Below, piece after piece: positions 63,614 to 64,000 of a stretch of 64,000 nucleotides of DNA. The notes beneath the pieces were generated by a model. That model did not search any database, had not been told where the DNA came from, and saw only the letters and a list, made by a program, of their open reading frames with translations. The stretch lies in assembly GCA_046758525.1 (NCBI GenBank), contig JBHIAL010000001.1:667-64666 (forward strand). Reading direction: 5' to 3'. Made by a program: the position numbers and the translations under genes. This DNA comes from a bacterium (GTDB taxonomy: Bacteria > Aerophobota > Aerophobia > Aerophobales > AE-B3A). The stretch's first letter is position 1. Every line of letters begins with the position of its first letter.

Positions 63614-63923
63614 AATTAATGCCTGTGATGGTTGGGTTTAGAAGATTTGGAGCATTCGTGGTCAAATTCTGGACAAGCTCTCTAACTTCTTCGTCAGGAT
63701 TAAATCCATCATCTTCAGTGTCTCTCCCCATGATTGTAAACTCTGCATGTACTGGACGTTTAATGTCGCCACCCTTATTGTTAATATCTTGTCTTAGACC
63801 TATTTTAATAATATAATCCCAAGGATGGCTTATTTTTTTCTTTATTACAATCTCTTTCAGTTTATTTATGAATTTCTTTGCATCTGGCAGGGCAACCCTG
63901 TCAAAATATACCCATACAGGCAA
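63594..63923 (-). CDS. hypothetical protein
   Basis: 109 aa. Confidence 0.3.
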   Translation of the reverse strand: MPVWVYFDRVALPDAKKFINKLKEIVIKKKISHPWDYIIKIGLRQDINNKGGDIKRPVHAEFTIMGRDTEDDGFNPDEEVRELVQNLTTNAPNLLNPTITGINYDSETN

Positions 63924-64000
63924 AGAGGATTCTTCAAGTAGTACGAGAAAATATACAATTTCAGCACATTCTGGGGGTATGTTTCTCTTACTATCCTTAG

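Noticed and set aside
1-64000. CRISPR arrays, integrase/attachment sites, toxin-antitoxin pairs and rRNA genes
   Set aside because: No evenly spaced direct repeats and no tyrosine or serine recombinase motifs (R..H..R..Y or large-serine N-terminal domains) were seen. The only tandem repeats are the small ones listed in the findings. No rRNA-like conserved stretches were seen.

Overview
The window looks like a contiguous piece of a tailed dsDNA phage genome with about 38% GC. It has an HK97-fold capsid and a long non-contractile tail (tape measure protein about 1300 aa) ending in a lambda-like tail tip. No host genes, integrase or CRISPR are visible.

Layout, as read from the sequence:
- 1..~700: end of a minus-strand gene block.
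- ~830..42130: plus-strand packaging and morphogenesis module, in this order: putative TerS; TerL; a ~14 kb accessory island (3022..17047); portal; prohead protease; HK97 major capsid protein; connector and neck proteins; chaperones with a -1 frameshift; tape measure protein; gpM/gpL/gpI-J-like tail tip; two giant paralogous receptor-binding proteins.
- 42179..46663: a consensus sigma70 promoter followed by small regulators and a DNA methyltransferase interrupted by an intein.
- 47076..64000: minus-strand replication and recombination module: class II-like RNR, tRNA-Pro, DnaG-like primase, SbcC/Rad50, RecA, Mre11, HNH, UDG-fused PolA, RuvC, DnaB-type primase-helicase.

The most unusual content is the island between terminase and portal. 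It carries a complete-looking GDP-sugar tailoring and glycosyltransferase cassette next to fiber-like and Ig-like structural genes: a Gmd/Rmd-like dehydratase or reductase, a very clear GDP-mannose 3,5-epimerase homologue, a radical-SAM/SPASM enzyme and three to four GT2/GT-like transferases. This is a candidate phage-encoded virion or host glycan modification system.

All calls rest on motif reading by eye. No database searches were run.
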